A stretch of 64,000 nt of DNA from positions 204,042,001-204,106,000 of the forward strand of contig OZ024740.1 in assembly GCA_964016885.1 (NCBI GenBank). Direction: 5' to 3'. The position numbers and the translations under genes were made by a program. Shown piece by piece: positions 1 through 10,400 of this stretch. This DNA comes from Eledone cirrhosa. Its lineage: Eukaryota. The notes under the pieces are model-generated. The model made no database searches, was not told the origin of the DNA, and saw nothing but the letters and a program-made list of their open reading frames with translations. The first letter of the stretch is position 1. Every line of letters begins with the position of its first letter.

Positions 1-120
1 TTTATGGTATGGTGGGAGAGGAGACTCAGAGAACTCCTTGAAGAGAACTCCATAGCGCTCGTCATGTACTCTCGTTATGCACACGATATTAATATAGTAA
101 TAAGAACACCCCCACAAGAG
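1..120 (+). pseudogene. Short fragment of a Penelope-like reverse transcriptase around the catalytic motif, truncated by a (TA)n tract
   Basis: Translation FMVWWERRLRELLEENSIALVMYSRYAHDINIVIRTP resembles the PLE RT segment M.WW...L....MY.RYVDDI, with YVDD decayed to YAHD. It runs off the window start and ends in (TA)n at about 127. Confidence 0.5.
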
Positions 121-149
121 AGTACTTATATATATATATATATATATAT

Positions 150-570
150 TAATATGGAAAACGAAGAATCAGTGATACATTGGAACACAATTTATTACGT
201 ACTACAATTGTTTCTCCGGCGAACAGCTCGAGGTGCGATCTGTTTGTGGATTGAACCTGACCCTGGATTCGCAAGTTCCTCAGATACGTCTAGTGATTTC
301 GAAGCAAATACTTTCTGCTGGACTCCGAACTATCCAATTTCTATCATCTGCGATCATCCTGTTTGCGCGGCCCGTCGATTGGTTGCGAATCCAGAGTCAG
401 GTTCGATCCACAAACAGATCGCACCTCGAGCCGGAGAAACAATTGTAGTACGTAATAAATGGTGTTCCGATGCATCACTGGTTCTTCGTTTTCCATATTA
501 TTATACTATGCTCCGAAGGAGCTTATAGTACTCAACCGGCATACCGCCTATGGGCGCATCCAAGTAGCCT

Positions 571-572
<2 letters not shown>
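150..572. mobile_element. Palindromic non-autonomous Penelope-type element (inverted pLTR pair plus asymmetric tail) inserted in (TA)n
   Basis: Arms 150-274 and 383-500 are near-perfect reverse complements (aatatggaaaacgaagaa...ggattcgcaa / ttgcgaatcc...ttcttcgttttccatatt), with a 108-bp spacer. The unique tail 501-572 contains the hairpin TACTAT-GCTCC-GAA-GGAGC-TT-ATAGTA. (TA)n lies on both sides and a hammerhead sits in the left arm. Confidence 0.8.
197..289 (-). ncRNA. Type I hammerhead ribozyme with an enlarged (~60 nt) stem II domain
   Basis: Minus strand reads ACGUAU-CUGAGGA-[ACUUGCGAAU...GUUCGCCGGA]-GAAA-CAAUUG-UA-GUACGU. Stem I is ACGUAU/GUACGU, stem III is the palindrome ACAAUUGU, the cleavage triplet is GUA, and GCGAA/UUCGC pairs in stem II. 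Confidence 0.7.

Positions 573-642
<70 letters not shown>
573..642. repeat. (TA)n microsatellite
   Basis: Pure TA dinucleotide run. Confidence 0.95.
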
Positions 643-645
<3 letters not shown>

Positions 646-1010
646 TTTATCCCGGGTGCAATCGGGGGTAACCACAGTAAGTAAGGTACTCAATACAAAG
701 CAGAGTATGAATATTTAATATAGAAATGGCTTCTACGGGATTAGAACTGTTTCATTCGGGAGAAATCATCAGGAAGCCGACTGTCCAAGTAATATGGAGG
801 TATTTATATATTTTCTGGTGGTAGGAGAAGGTGGTGATTGGGATGGGTGGAGGTCATTGGTTGATGGGTTTAAAGAAAAGGGAGTTCTTTTAAAACTATA
901 TTTAGAGTAACAAAGGCAGAATAAATTCTATAGACAGGTTCACACTGGGGGTGCCACTCCTGATTTTTAAGGTTCATTTAAGCTAACAATGGCTAATGGT
1001 CAGGTGCCTA
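643..1010 (-). mobile_element. 3' terminal (pLTR) fragment of a Penelope-like element, same family as 12835-13237
   Basis: Shares aaccacagt...gtactcaatac...gagtat...tatagaaat...agaactgtttcattcg...gaaatcatcagga with 12866-12978. Contains a hammerhead and is bounded by (TA)n and (CA)n. Confidence 0.65.
728..778 (-). ncRNA. Minimal type I hammerhead ribozyme
   Basis: Minus strand reads GGCUUC-CUGAUGA-UUUCUCCCGAAU-GAAA-C-AGUUCUAAUCCC-GUA-GAAGCC. Stem I is a perfect 6 bp, the core is intact, stem II is short (UUC/GAA), stem III is 2 bp and the cleavage site is GUA. Confidence 0.85.
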
Positions 1011-1144
1011 CAAACACACTCACACACACACATATGCCTTCACTCCCACAAATACGCACAAACACACACTCATATACTTATATATATACACACACGAATA
1101 CCTACATATATATATATATACACACACACAATATATATAGACAC

Positions 1145-1897
1145 AGCGCCGAAACATCCAAGATCTGCTGACGAAGGGAAACTTTTCTTTTCTTTTCTTT
1201 CTTGTTTGTGTCCCGATTACCTTCTAACACTTCGTTTTCAGTAACCACACAGCCTCGCCTACTAACCCGTATTTTTGTATTTACTGCTGTGACCTCCTCT
1301 CTACCTGTTTTGCTCGATGTGTTGTCCCTGGCCGGTCTAGGTCGCACGTGCGTCGTAAACCCCTTTTGGATTAACTCCCTTACTCTTCTCCTCCCCCTCT
1401 CTCTATCCTTCTTACTCTCCCCCTCTGTCCTCTACCCCTCTCACTTCCGGTTTCTCCGTCTTTCTCTCTCTCTACACTCACTTTACTGAGAATCGTCGCC
1501 CCGAAATAACCTAGTTCCTCTGTTATTATGGCCACCGAGCTTATACCCATCGGCTTGGTATAGCTTGATCTATTTTCTCTTCGGTTACTTACATACATGT
1601 GCCATTGTACTGTGTTCTCTCTTCTATCGGTATGTTTACTTCGTTTTTTTCTTTTTTCCTTTTTTTTCTTCTTCCATTTTTCTTTCTTCCTCTCTCTTCA
1701 CTATCACTTCTTTAGCTCATGGCTTTTGATAGATAAAAGGCCATGGGCGCGCTACGGATAGATGTTCTGTTTTAAGCGCCGAAATATCCAAGGTCCGTAG
1801 TAAATAGCTGACGAAGGGAAACTTTTCTTTTCTTTTCTTCTCTGTGTCCCTTCTAACACTTCGTTTTCAGTAACCACACAGCCTCACCTCCTAAACC
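1145..1897 (+). mobile_element. ~750-bp element with ~120-bp terminal direct repeats (pLTR/retrozyme-like), between CA/TA microsatellites
   Basis: 1145-1268 and 1775-1897 share agcgccgaaa.atccaag...gctgacgaagggaaacttttc...cttctaacacttcgttttcagtaaccacacagcctc (630-bp offset). Each repeat holds CTGACGA but no complete hammerhead. Confidence 0.6.
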
Positions 1898-1904
1898 AAA
1901 TTTG

Positions 1905-1906
1905 TG

Positions 1907-2002
<96 letters not shown>

Positions 2003-2033
2003 GATATACACACATATACATATATATGTATAT

Positions 2034-2063
<30 letters not shown>
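1905..2063. repeat. Compound (CA)n/(TA)n microsatellite
   Basis: Dinucleotide runs seen directly. Confidence 0.95.
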
Positions 2064-2067
<4 letters not shown>

Positions 2068-2726
2068 GTCACTTATATGTCTGAATTATTGTTGCCATTT
2101 TGCTTCCATTAATTTCTCTATTTTCATTTATATATTTATACTCGGAGCTTTCCTAGAGTGCTACTTAATATTTGTGACTAATCCCAGTTTTTTTTTTCAG
2201 CTTATGCTGAACTCCATATTTTTGTTGAGTTTTTTTCGGAATGTTTTGACTGTTGTTTCTTGTAAACAGCTTTTCGTCTCATCCCGCCATCACTAGCGTG
2301 TGTCCACGTGTGTTTTGTTATTTCAATTCTACACGCTGTCGCTTGCCTGCTTTTAATTCCACTCCGGCATTTTAGCAGTTAGGTTCTAGTTAATGTGTTG
2401 AGCACTACTGAAGATCGATTCAACCGTGACTAACCACACTGAAAAGTCTTTTAAGACTATATAGTGCATTTGTAGTTTTCCCCAAATTGACGGTTAAGTA
2501 TTTCTTCTTGATTTTATTTTGAGTTAAGATTATATTGCTTTTTCCCCAACTTACACAAAGTCTGAGGATAAAGTTTTTCTTCTTGATTTGTTTTAAATTA
2601 AGATTGTATTACTTTTCCCTCATCTTACATTAAAAATATGTTTCATCTTGATGTTATAGTCACTTATATGTCTGAATTATTGTTGGCATTTTGCTTACAT
2701 TAATTTCTCTACTTTCATTTATATAT
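2064..2726 (+). mobile_element. ~660-bp element with ~70-bp terminal direct repeats and an internal hammerhead (pLTR/retrozyme-like)
   Basis: tatagtcacttatatgtctgaattattgttg.cattttgctt.cattaatttctcta.tttcattta occurs at 2064-2135 and 2655-2726 (591-bp offset). Flanked by (TA)n. Confidence 0.65.
2402..2467 (+). ncRNA. Type I hammerhead ribozyme, slightly decayed
   Basis: Reads GCACUA-CUGAAGA-[26 nt, weak stem II]-GAAA-AGUCUU-UU-AAGACU-A-UA-UAGUGC. Stem I is a perfect 6 bp and stem III is 6 bp, with one bulged A beside the core. Confidence 0.65.
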
Positions 2727-3399
2727 ATATTTATATATATATATATATATATTCGGATTTTAGTCTTTATTATTTATTATCATTACTACTACATATATAT
2801 ATATAAAATACTAGCAGCCATACCCGGCGTTGCCCGCGTGTAAGTCTACCATTAGTAAATAATTTTTTTAAAGAGAAAACAACGTAGCACGAACCCCCAA
2901 AAAACATTTATTTTTAACCATAAGAAGTATGTGTTGTTCGATGTAAAAACGGTAAAATGTTATGACATATGAAAGGTGAATGAGTGTAAAAGTGTGACGT
3001 TGGCGCGGTGAAGCTCCAAACGCGAACTATGCCACAAGGAAGTCAGCAGCCCAAAAGTGAGTCACATGGAATTTATGACAATAATGTGGGATGTTTGGCA
3101 ATTCAGGGACTGAAGTCGTTGCGGGATGACGGAGATAATGTATGACGACTTTGAGTGAAAGGTACAAATGAGGGGGTGGGGAGTGGGGGGTGCCATACGT
3201 TTGCTACAGTAGAAACATGTACATTTTTCGTTATACATTGCGTATATGTAGGCATTCTAATGATTTATGTAGTTTGAAATGCTTACCATTCTGTATAGTT
3301 GTAGATGCCAATAGAAACTGTGACGTTGCTTTCCTTAGACTGATTGCAGTGACACAGACCAAACATGAAGGACGCTCAAAATTTATAAACACAAATTCT

Positions 3400-4160
3400 G
3401 CACCAACCTCGATTGCAAAAGTAACAGAGAATAACGAATAGCGATTATTACGCCAAAAGAAAAATGCTGAAGCAACTTCTATTGCACGAGATGCAGAAAA
3501 CGAAATACAACGTTCGATGCGACAGCAAATAAATGCTGAGGCAACTGCTGCTGCTTGGGGTGCAGAAAACGATTCTCAACACTCACTGCGACAGAAAGCA
3601 AATATTGAGGCAACGTCTGTTGCAGGAGATGCAGAGAACGAACCACAGCGTTCATTACGGCGGCATAGAAATGCTGAGGCAACTTCCGCAGCTCGAGCTG
3701 TATCAACCGAAACAAAGCGTCAACTGTGGCAGCAAAGAAATGGGAGCCAGCTTCAGCAGCTCGAGCTGCATCAACCGAAACACAGCGTCAACTGCGGCAG
3801 CAAAGAACTGTGAGTCAACGTCTACTGTTTGAGCTGTATCAACCGAAACACAGCGTCAACTGCGGCAGCAAAGAACTGTGAGTCAACGTCTATTGTTTGA
3901 GCTGTATCAACCGAAATACAGCGTCAACTGCGGCAGCAAAGACATGTGAATCAACGTCTGCTGCACGCGAATCCATGGAAAACTGGCTCAACCAACAAGA
4001 GGGGAACGTGCATTTCAATACCGTGCAGCTCAAAGTGGTCACAACGTTTACAGTCGAAAAGTATGGTGTTATGAATTTCAAAAAGGCAGTATGTCTACAA
4101 TTTGGTAATTATTGAAAGCAGCGAGGTATTTCATTGTTAGAAGAGGGTTTGTGTCGCAGT
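3400..4160 (+). pseudogene. Decayed N-terminal part of a Helitron RepHel ORF (23-aa repeats plus Cys/zinc-finger remnant), antisense to the host Helitron
   Basis: 23-aa repeats NAEATSIARDAENEIQRSMRQQI / NAEATAAAWGAENDSQHSLRQKA / NAEATSAARAVSTETKRQLWQQR are followed by AFQY...GSMSTI[C]NY[C]KAARY...EEGLC, reconstructed across frameshifts. This matches the RepHel AF.Y...G.M...C..C.A...CC region. Confidence 0.55.
3460..3965 (+). repeat. 69/68-bp coding-type minisatellite (~7 units)
   Basis: gagctg[tc]atcaaccgaaa recurs at 3695, 3763, 3831 and 3899 (68-bp period). The earlier, more diverged units are 69 bp and in frame. Confidence 0.85.
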
Positions 4161-4165
4161 GTTGA

Positions 4166-4964
4166 TTACAGAACTTCTTGGTACACAATGTTTGTGGTTT
4201 TACCGTTTGGAGTAAATGCATAAAGGTTTCTTTTGTTTCCCACTCTGGAACATCCAACGTATAGCTGACCGTGAGGAAAGCATGGCTCTTCTAGGTTTAT
4301 TCCCGCGACGGACAATGTTTGCCCCTGAGACTTATTTATCGTCATAGCGAAACTACAACGAACTGGAAACTGGAGCTTCCTAAATGAAAAGGGGATCTCT
4401 GATGTTGACGGACAAAGGGGAACCCTTGGGATAAAAACATTTTCCCCCTTTCCACACCCAGAGAGAATCGTCGCCTCGATCAAGTTTTGCGTTAGTTTAT
4501 TTACTGTAAGGCAGGTGCCGTTGCAGAGTTTTGGTGGGTGTAGATTCCTCAAAAGCATAACTGGGCATCCTTGCTTAAGTTCCAATCGATGAGATGGCAA
4601 CCCGGAGGGGTTCAATGTGTTAAGACTCAATTGGGTAGTTAATGGGATCTGTGACTGTATCGATGGACTTGTATGTACACGAAACTGTAGGAAGAGACTT
4701 AAGCAGTTGTCCGTTGATTTTGTCGACAGTCTCATTTTTCGGAGCCAGTATTGCCCTTTCGCACAGCCAGTTTGGATTTTGGTAGTTAGTGCTCAACTCA
4801 GGGAATACTGCATCTGTCAAGTCGTCAGCACTGTCGACTAAAGTGCAGACCGGTTCCAGGGAGATATTTTCATCTTCATCAAGTGGCACTTTGCCGTTCC
4901 CAAGTGTCAATAGGTTGGTAGCAAAATCTGATGACACTTGGTCACCAAGCATCCGAACTCTCAT
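4166..4964 (-). pseudogene. C-terminal half of Helitron RepHel PIF1-family (SF1B) helicase, frameshifted near 4620 and 5'-truncated
   Basis: ORFs 4620-4964 (NMRV..., WLCERAILAPKNETVDKIN) and 4166-4735 (PVMLLRNL..PKLCNGT, QFPVRCSFAMTINKSQGQTL, HGQLYVGCSRV, TTNIVYQEVL) join with one frameshift. Confidence 0.93.
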
Positions 4965-5499
4965 GTTCGTACACAGTCACGTACACACACACGTACACAC
5001 ACACTCACGCACGCAAACGCTCAAACGCACGCACGTGTGCACGTACACACACATGTTAATAGATTTAACTCTTACTGGAACGCTGCACGAACACACACAC
5101 ACGCACACATGTTAATTAGTTATAGCTTTCCTTCCCCTCTTCCACTGTCATGTATCAAACACAGCGTCTGTCGCTCTCTCTCTCCCTCTCTCTCTCCCGC
5201 TACCCCCCTCTTTTAATCTGTCTATTTCTTTCACTCACACGCTTTCTTTTTCATTTTTATAGATATAGAGATTTTTTCTGTGCAAAGTCGTACCTATAGT
5301 CAGTTTTATCAATTTTTTACCTGAAGAAAAGGGAGTCGATCATGCGCAATGTCGTGCCAACCTGCCCTGATAATTTTGTGGTTGATTACAAAAACAATTT
5401 TGAAAATCGGCCTTGCGGATCAAAAGTTGCTGCGGAACAGACACACACACACACACAAACAGACAGACAGACATACATTTTCATTTTTATAGATATAGA

Positions 5500-5557
5500 T
5501 ATATACATACACATACATACATACATATATATATATATAAATATACATATACACATA

Positions 5558-5633
<76 letters not shown>

Positions 5634-5636
5634 TAA
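5500..5636. repeat. Compound (TA)n/(TACA)n microsatellite
   Basis: Seen directly. Confidence 0.9.
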
Positions 5637-5788
5637 TGTTATACTTTGGGAGGGTCATGTTGCCAATAAGAAACACACGCACCAGTTGCTTTCACTCCAA
5701 TTTATTATAAATTAAATTTATAAATTTAAGAATTTATAAATTTCCGGTTGGTTGGTTGGTTCCACAACCGGACGGTTGTTCATATATT

Positions 5789-5831
5789 GTCAAAGTTCTT
5801 TCGTCACACATTCTGTGACCTCTTCAGTGAC
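5789..5831 (-). ncRNA. Minimal type I hammerhead ribozyme (intact core)
   Basis: Minus strand reads GUCA-CUGAAGA-G-GUCACA-GAAUG-UGUGAC-GAAA-G-AA-CUU-UGAC. Stem I is 4 bp, stem II is 6 bp, stem III is 2 bp with a 2-nt loop, and the triplet is CUU. Confidence 0.75.
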
Positions 5832-5913
5832 TGGGGATTCTTCTCTTTGTTTTGTGCCTCTCCTTTGTTCTGTCCTACGCCAAGATGGCGCAAAACAAAG
5901 AAAAGTATCCCCA

Positions 5914-5956
5914 GTCAGTGAAGAGGTCACAGAATGTGTGACGAAAGAACTTTGAC
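5914..5956 (+). ncRNA. Mirror copy of the hammerhead with a core mutation (GUGAAGA), probably inactive
   Basis: GTCA-GTGAAGA-GGTCACAGAATGTGTGAC-GAAAGAACTT-TGAC, with core C3 changed to G. Confidence 0.6.
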
Positions 5957-6141
5957 AATATATGAACAACCGTCCGGTTGTGGAACCAACCATCCAACCG
6001 GAAATTTATAAATTTAATTTATAATAAATTGGAGTGAAAGCAACTGGTGCGTGGGCTTCTTATTGGCAACATGACCCTCCCAAAGCATAACAATATCGGT
6101 TTCAACACACGTTTTCAGATAAAGAATCTTGCTAAACAAAT

Positions 6142-6371
6142 TATATATATATACATATATATATATAAACACACACAAACACAAGCATTCATAAATACTC
6201 ACACACACACATACACATATATACACACATACACACATATACACACATACACACACATATACATATATACACTTGCACATACATATATACGCATATAAAC
6301 ATACACACACATATATATATATACACGCATACATACACACACATATACATACACATACACATGCACATATA

Positions 6372-6436
<65 letters not shown>
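6142..6436. repeat. Compound (CA)n/(TA)n microsatellite
   Basis: Seen directly. Confidence 0.9.
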
Positions 6437-6438
<2 letters not shown>

Positions 6439-6802
6439 ATGATATTAATAAATGTAAACTATATTTATAAAACCATATTTATTCTATTATATATATTTCA
6501 AGGGTACCAAAACTTTGGTACGCTCTCATCAGATAAAATACAAAGTTTGTTTTATAAATATTCACATATCCAGGAACGAAACCTTCACGGTTCAAGTTTT
6601 ACCTGGATTGTAAAAGGAAAAAGGGGAAGAGAGGAAAATCAAATATTTCAAATTATTAGGATGATAGGATGAATATGCAAATGAGGTTGAGGCAGAGGTC
6701 TGAACAAAGAAAAAAAACGTTATTTTTAGAAGCTAGGTAGATTTAAATAATTATTAGGATATATATATGTATGTATAGGAAGAAGAAAGAGAAAGAAAGA
6801 AA
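6433..6802 (-). mobile_element. Solo pLTR fragment, direct-orientation copy of 13847-14212
   Basis: About 370 bp nearly identical to 13847-14212 (offset 7414). The spurious ORFs 6361+ and 13853+ share [34 protein letters not shown]. Confidence 0.85.
6480..6540 (-). ncRNA. Type I hammerhead ribozyme with palindromic stem III (dimer type)
   Basis: Minus strand reads UAUUUUAU-CUGAUGA-GAGCGUACCAAA-GU-UUUGGUACCCUU-GAAA-UAUAUA-UA-AUAGAAUA. Stem I is 8 bp, stem II is about 11 bp, stem III is AUAUAUAU and the triplet is AUA. Confidence 0.85.
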
Positions 6803-6844
6803 ACGGAGAGAAATGAGGCAAAATGGGGAGATTTTACATAATTA

Positions 6845-6950
6845 TTTCTACTTTTGGCACAAGGCCAGCAATTACTCCGGTGTATTACTGGTACTTTATT
6901 TTATTGACCCCGTAAGGATGAAAGGCAAAGTTAACCTCGGCGGAGATTTT
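6845..6950 (-). mobile_element. tRNA-derived SINE fragment with a Meta-domain-like core
   Basis: Minus strand AAATCTCCGCCGAGGTTAACTTTGCCTTTCATCCTTACGGGGTCAATAAAATAAAGTACCAG resembles the MetaSINE core GCCTTTCATCCTT.CG.GGTCGATAAA..GTACC and, from memory, an abundant Octopus SINE. Confidence 0.65.
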
Positions 6951-7004
6951 ATATAATGAAAGCTATACCCATTTTCACAAGAGAAGACATCTCTCACGCA
7001 CCCG

Positions 7005-7052
7005 AAGTAGGCGGGAGATCTCCCCGTCCGACGGGGAGAGTTGATAGGTCTG
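7005..7052. other. GC-rich perfect inverted repeat, possibly one end of a DNA transposon/MITE
   Basis: TCTCCCCGTC-C-GACGGGGAGA at 7019-7039 is followed by GTTGATAGGTCTG. No partner end was found. Confidence 0.35.
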
Positions 7053-7499
7053 ACATTATTGAATATATTATGTAATAATTGTAAGTTACATAGACTTATG
7101 TGTTTACAAATTGCAGCATATCCATCACTGCATCAAAATAACTTATCTATATATCAAAATTATCAAAATTAAGGACCTTCTTTCATGTATATTTATTTTA
7201 ATATCAAAATAACTTATTGATATCTAATTCCTGGAGAAAAGTAGTGGTTTGGGGAGCAGACATTTACTTATTGAACGGTAAAATTCGATAATATAAAACT
7301 GAGTGGATTTATAAAGGTTCATATTCTATCAAATGAATTAATAACCAAACACTGTGGTGTTTTTGATCAAGTCAACCCTAACCGAGCATGCAGGTAGTCG
7401 TTCGAATGATGAAATACAGCACACAGATCTATCGTATTTGTCTGTTTAGTTGAGGATTATATAGAACATTCCAACCTGTAGTGATGAATGGTATGAAGT

Positions 7500-10400
7500 A
7501 TAGTGTGACAGTTTGGACAGTGTATATAACCTCTTTCTACTGTCCAGTGTATATAACCTCTTTCTACTGTATATTTCTCTATATCTGTAAATACAGTAGA
7601 CCAACAGTAGTATTGAATGGTATGGGACATATTGTAACCCCTCTACTGTCCAGTATATATCTGAATATCTGTAAATACTAGACACCCTGACAGTGGATAT
7701 TATGGGGTACAGTGTGACAGTTTGGACATAGTGTAACCTCTCTCTACTGCCCAGTATATATCTCTATATCTGTAGATACAACACACATTGACAGTGGTAT
7801 TCAATGGTAGGGGACATAGTGTAACATCTCTCTACTGTCCAGTATATATCTCTACATCTGTAGATACAACACACATTGACAGTGGTATTCAATGGTAGGG
7901 TACATAGTGTAACGTCTCTCTACTGTCCAGTATATATCTCTACATCTGTAGATACAACACACATTGACAGTGGTATTGAATGGTAGGGGACATAGTGTAA
8001 CGTCTCTCTACTGTCCAGTATATATCTCTACATCTGAAGATACAACACACATTGACTGTGGTATTGAATGGTAGGGGACATAGTGTAACCCCTCTACTGT
8101 CCAGTATATATCTCTACATCTGTAGATACAACACACCCTGACAGTGGTATTCAATGGTAGGGGACATAGTGTAACGTCTCTCTACTGTCCAGTATATATC
8201 TCTATATCTGTAGATACAACACACATTGACAGTGGTATTCAATGGTAGGGGACATAGTGTAACGTCTCTCTACTGTCCAGTATATATCTCTATACCTGTA
8301 GATACAACACACCCTGACAGTGGTATTGAATGGTAGTGGACATAGTGTAACGTCTCTCGACTGCCCAGTATATATCTCTATATCTGTAGATACAACACAC
8401 CCTGACAGTGGTATTCAATGGTAGGGGACATAGTGTAACGTTTCTCTACTGCCCAGTATATATCTCTACATCTGAAGATACAACACACATTGACAGTGGT
8501 ATTGAATGGTAGGGGACATAGTGTAACCCCTCTACTGTCCAGTATATATCTCTACATCTGTAGATACAACACACCCTGACAGTGGTATTGAATGGTAGGG
8601 GACATAGTGTAACGTCTCTCTACTGTCCAGTATATATCTCTACATCTGAAGATACAACACACCCTGACAGTGGTATTGAATGGTAGGGGACATAGTGTAA
8701 CCCCTCTACTGTCCAGTATATATCTCTACATCTGTAGATACAACACACCCTGACAGTGGTATTCAATGGTAGGGGACAAGTGTAACGTCTCTCTACTGTC
8801 CAGTATATTTCTCTACATCTGTAGATACAACACACCCTGACAGTGGTATTCAATGGTAGGGTACATAGTGTAACGTCTCTCTACTGTCCAGTATATATCT
8901 CTATACCTGTAGATACAAGACACCCTGACAGTGGTATTCAATGGTAGGGGACATAGTGTAACGTCTCTCTACTGTCCAGTATATATCTCTATACCTGTAG
9001 ATACAACACACCCAGACAGAGGTATTCAATGGTAGGGGACATAGTGTAACGTCTCTCTACTGTCCAGTATATATCTCTATACTTGTAGATACAACACACC
9101 CTGACAGTGGTATTCAATTGTAGGGGACATAGTGTAACGTCTCTCTACTGTCCAGTATATATCTCTACATCTGTAGATACAACACACCCTGACAGTGGTA
9201 TTCAATGGTAGGGGACATAGTGTAACGTCTCTCTACTGTCCAGTATATATCTCTACATCTGTAGATACAACACACCCTGACAGTGGTATTCAATGGTAGG
9301 GGACATAGTGTAACGTCTCTCTACTGTCCAGTATATATCTCTACATCTGTAGATACAACACACCCTGACAGTGGTATTCAATGGTAGGGGACATAGTGTA
9401 ACGTCTCTCTACTGTCCAGTATATATCTCTATATTGTAGATACAACACACCCTGACAGTGGTATTCAATGGTAGGGGACATAGTGTAACGTCTCTCTACT
9501 GTCCAGTATATATCTCTATATTTGTAGATACAACACACCCTGACAGTGGTATACAATGGTAGGGGACATAGTGTACCGTCTCTCTACTGTCCAGTATATA
9601 TCTCTATATCTGTAGATACAACACACCCTGACAGTGGTATTCAATGGTAGGGGACATAGTGTAACGTCTCTCTACTATGCAGTATATATCTCTATACCTG
9701 TAGATACAACACACCCTGACAGTGGTATACAATGGTAGGGGACATAGTGTAACGTCTCTCTACTGTCCAGTATATATCTCTACATTTGTAGATACAACAG
9801 ACCCTGACAGTGGTATTCAATGGTAGGGGACATAGTGTAACGTCTCTCTACTGTCCAGTATATATCTCTACATCTGTAGATACAACACACCCTGACAGTG
9901 GTATTCAATGGTAGGGGACATAGTGTAACGTCTCTCTACTGTCCAGTATATATCTCTATATTGTAGATACAACACACCCTGACAGTGGTATTCAATGGTA
10001 GGGGACATAGTGTAACGTCTCTCTACTGTCCAGTATATATCTCTACATCTGTAGATACAACACACCCTGACAGTGGTATTCAATGGTAGGGGACATAGTG
10101 TAACGTCTCTCTACTGTCCAGTATATATCTCTACATCTGTAGATACAACACACCCTGACAGTGGTATTCAATGGTAGGGGACATAGTGTAACGTCTCTCT
10201 ACTGTCCAGTATATATCTCTACATCTGTAGATACAACACACCCTGACAGTGGTATTCAATGGTAGGGGACATAGTGTAACGTCTCTCTACTGTCCAGTAT
10301 ATATCTCTATATCTGTAGATACAACACACCCTGACAGTGGTATTCAATGGTAGGGGACATAGTTTAACGTCTCTCTACTGTCAAGTATATATCTCTATAC

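Larger units (their letters stand above)
2811..5499 (-). mobile_element. Non-autonomous, internally deleted Helitron
   Basis: The minus strand starts TCTATATCTATAAAAATGAAAATGTATGTCTGTCTG (5499) and ends CGCGGGCAACGCCGGGTATGGCTG-CTAG (2811), with a GC-rich subterminal hairpin. It is inserted between A and T and contains a PIF1-type helicase fragment in the same orientation. Confidence 0.9.
5637..6141. mobile_element. Second palindromic Penelope-type element (inverted pLTR pair plus ~50-bp tail) in (TA)n
   Basis: Arms 5637-5858 and 5887-6092 are reverse complements, which explains the mirror ORFs 5752+ and 5790- both starting MVGSTTGRLFIY. The spacer is 28 bp, the tail is 6093-6141, and each arm has a hammerhead motif. 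Confidence 0.85.

Noticed and set aside
4-528. 174-aa ORF as a real gene
   Set aside because: It is a chance read-through of an RT remnant, a (TA)n tract and a palindromic element.
1168-1860. Complete hammerheads at CTGACGAAGGGAAAC (1168 and 1808)
   Set aside because: There is no convincing stem I or stem III. The possible stem II GGGA/TCCC is followed by GATT or by a deletion rather than GAAA, so these are at most decayed.
5752-5993. Mirror-image 67-aa ORFs on both strands
   Set aside because: They are a by-product of the palindrome and show no protein motif.
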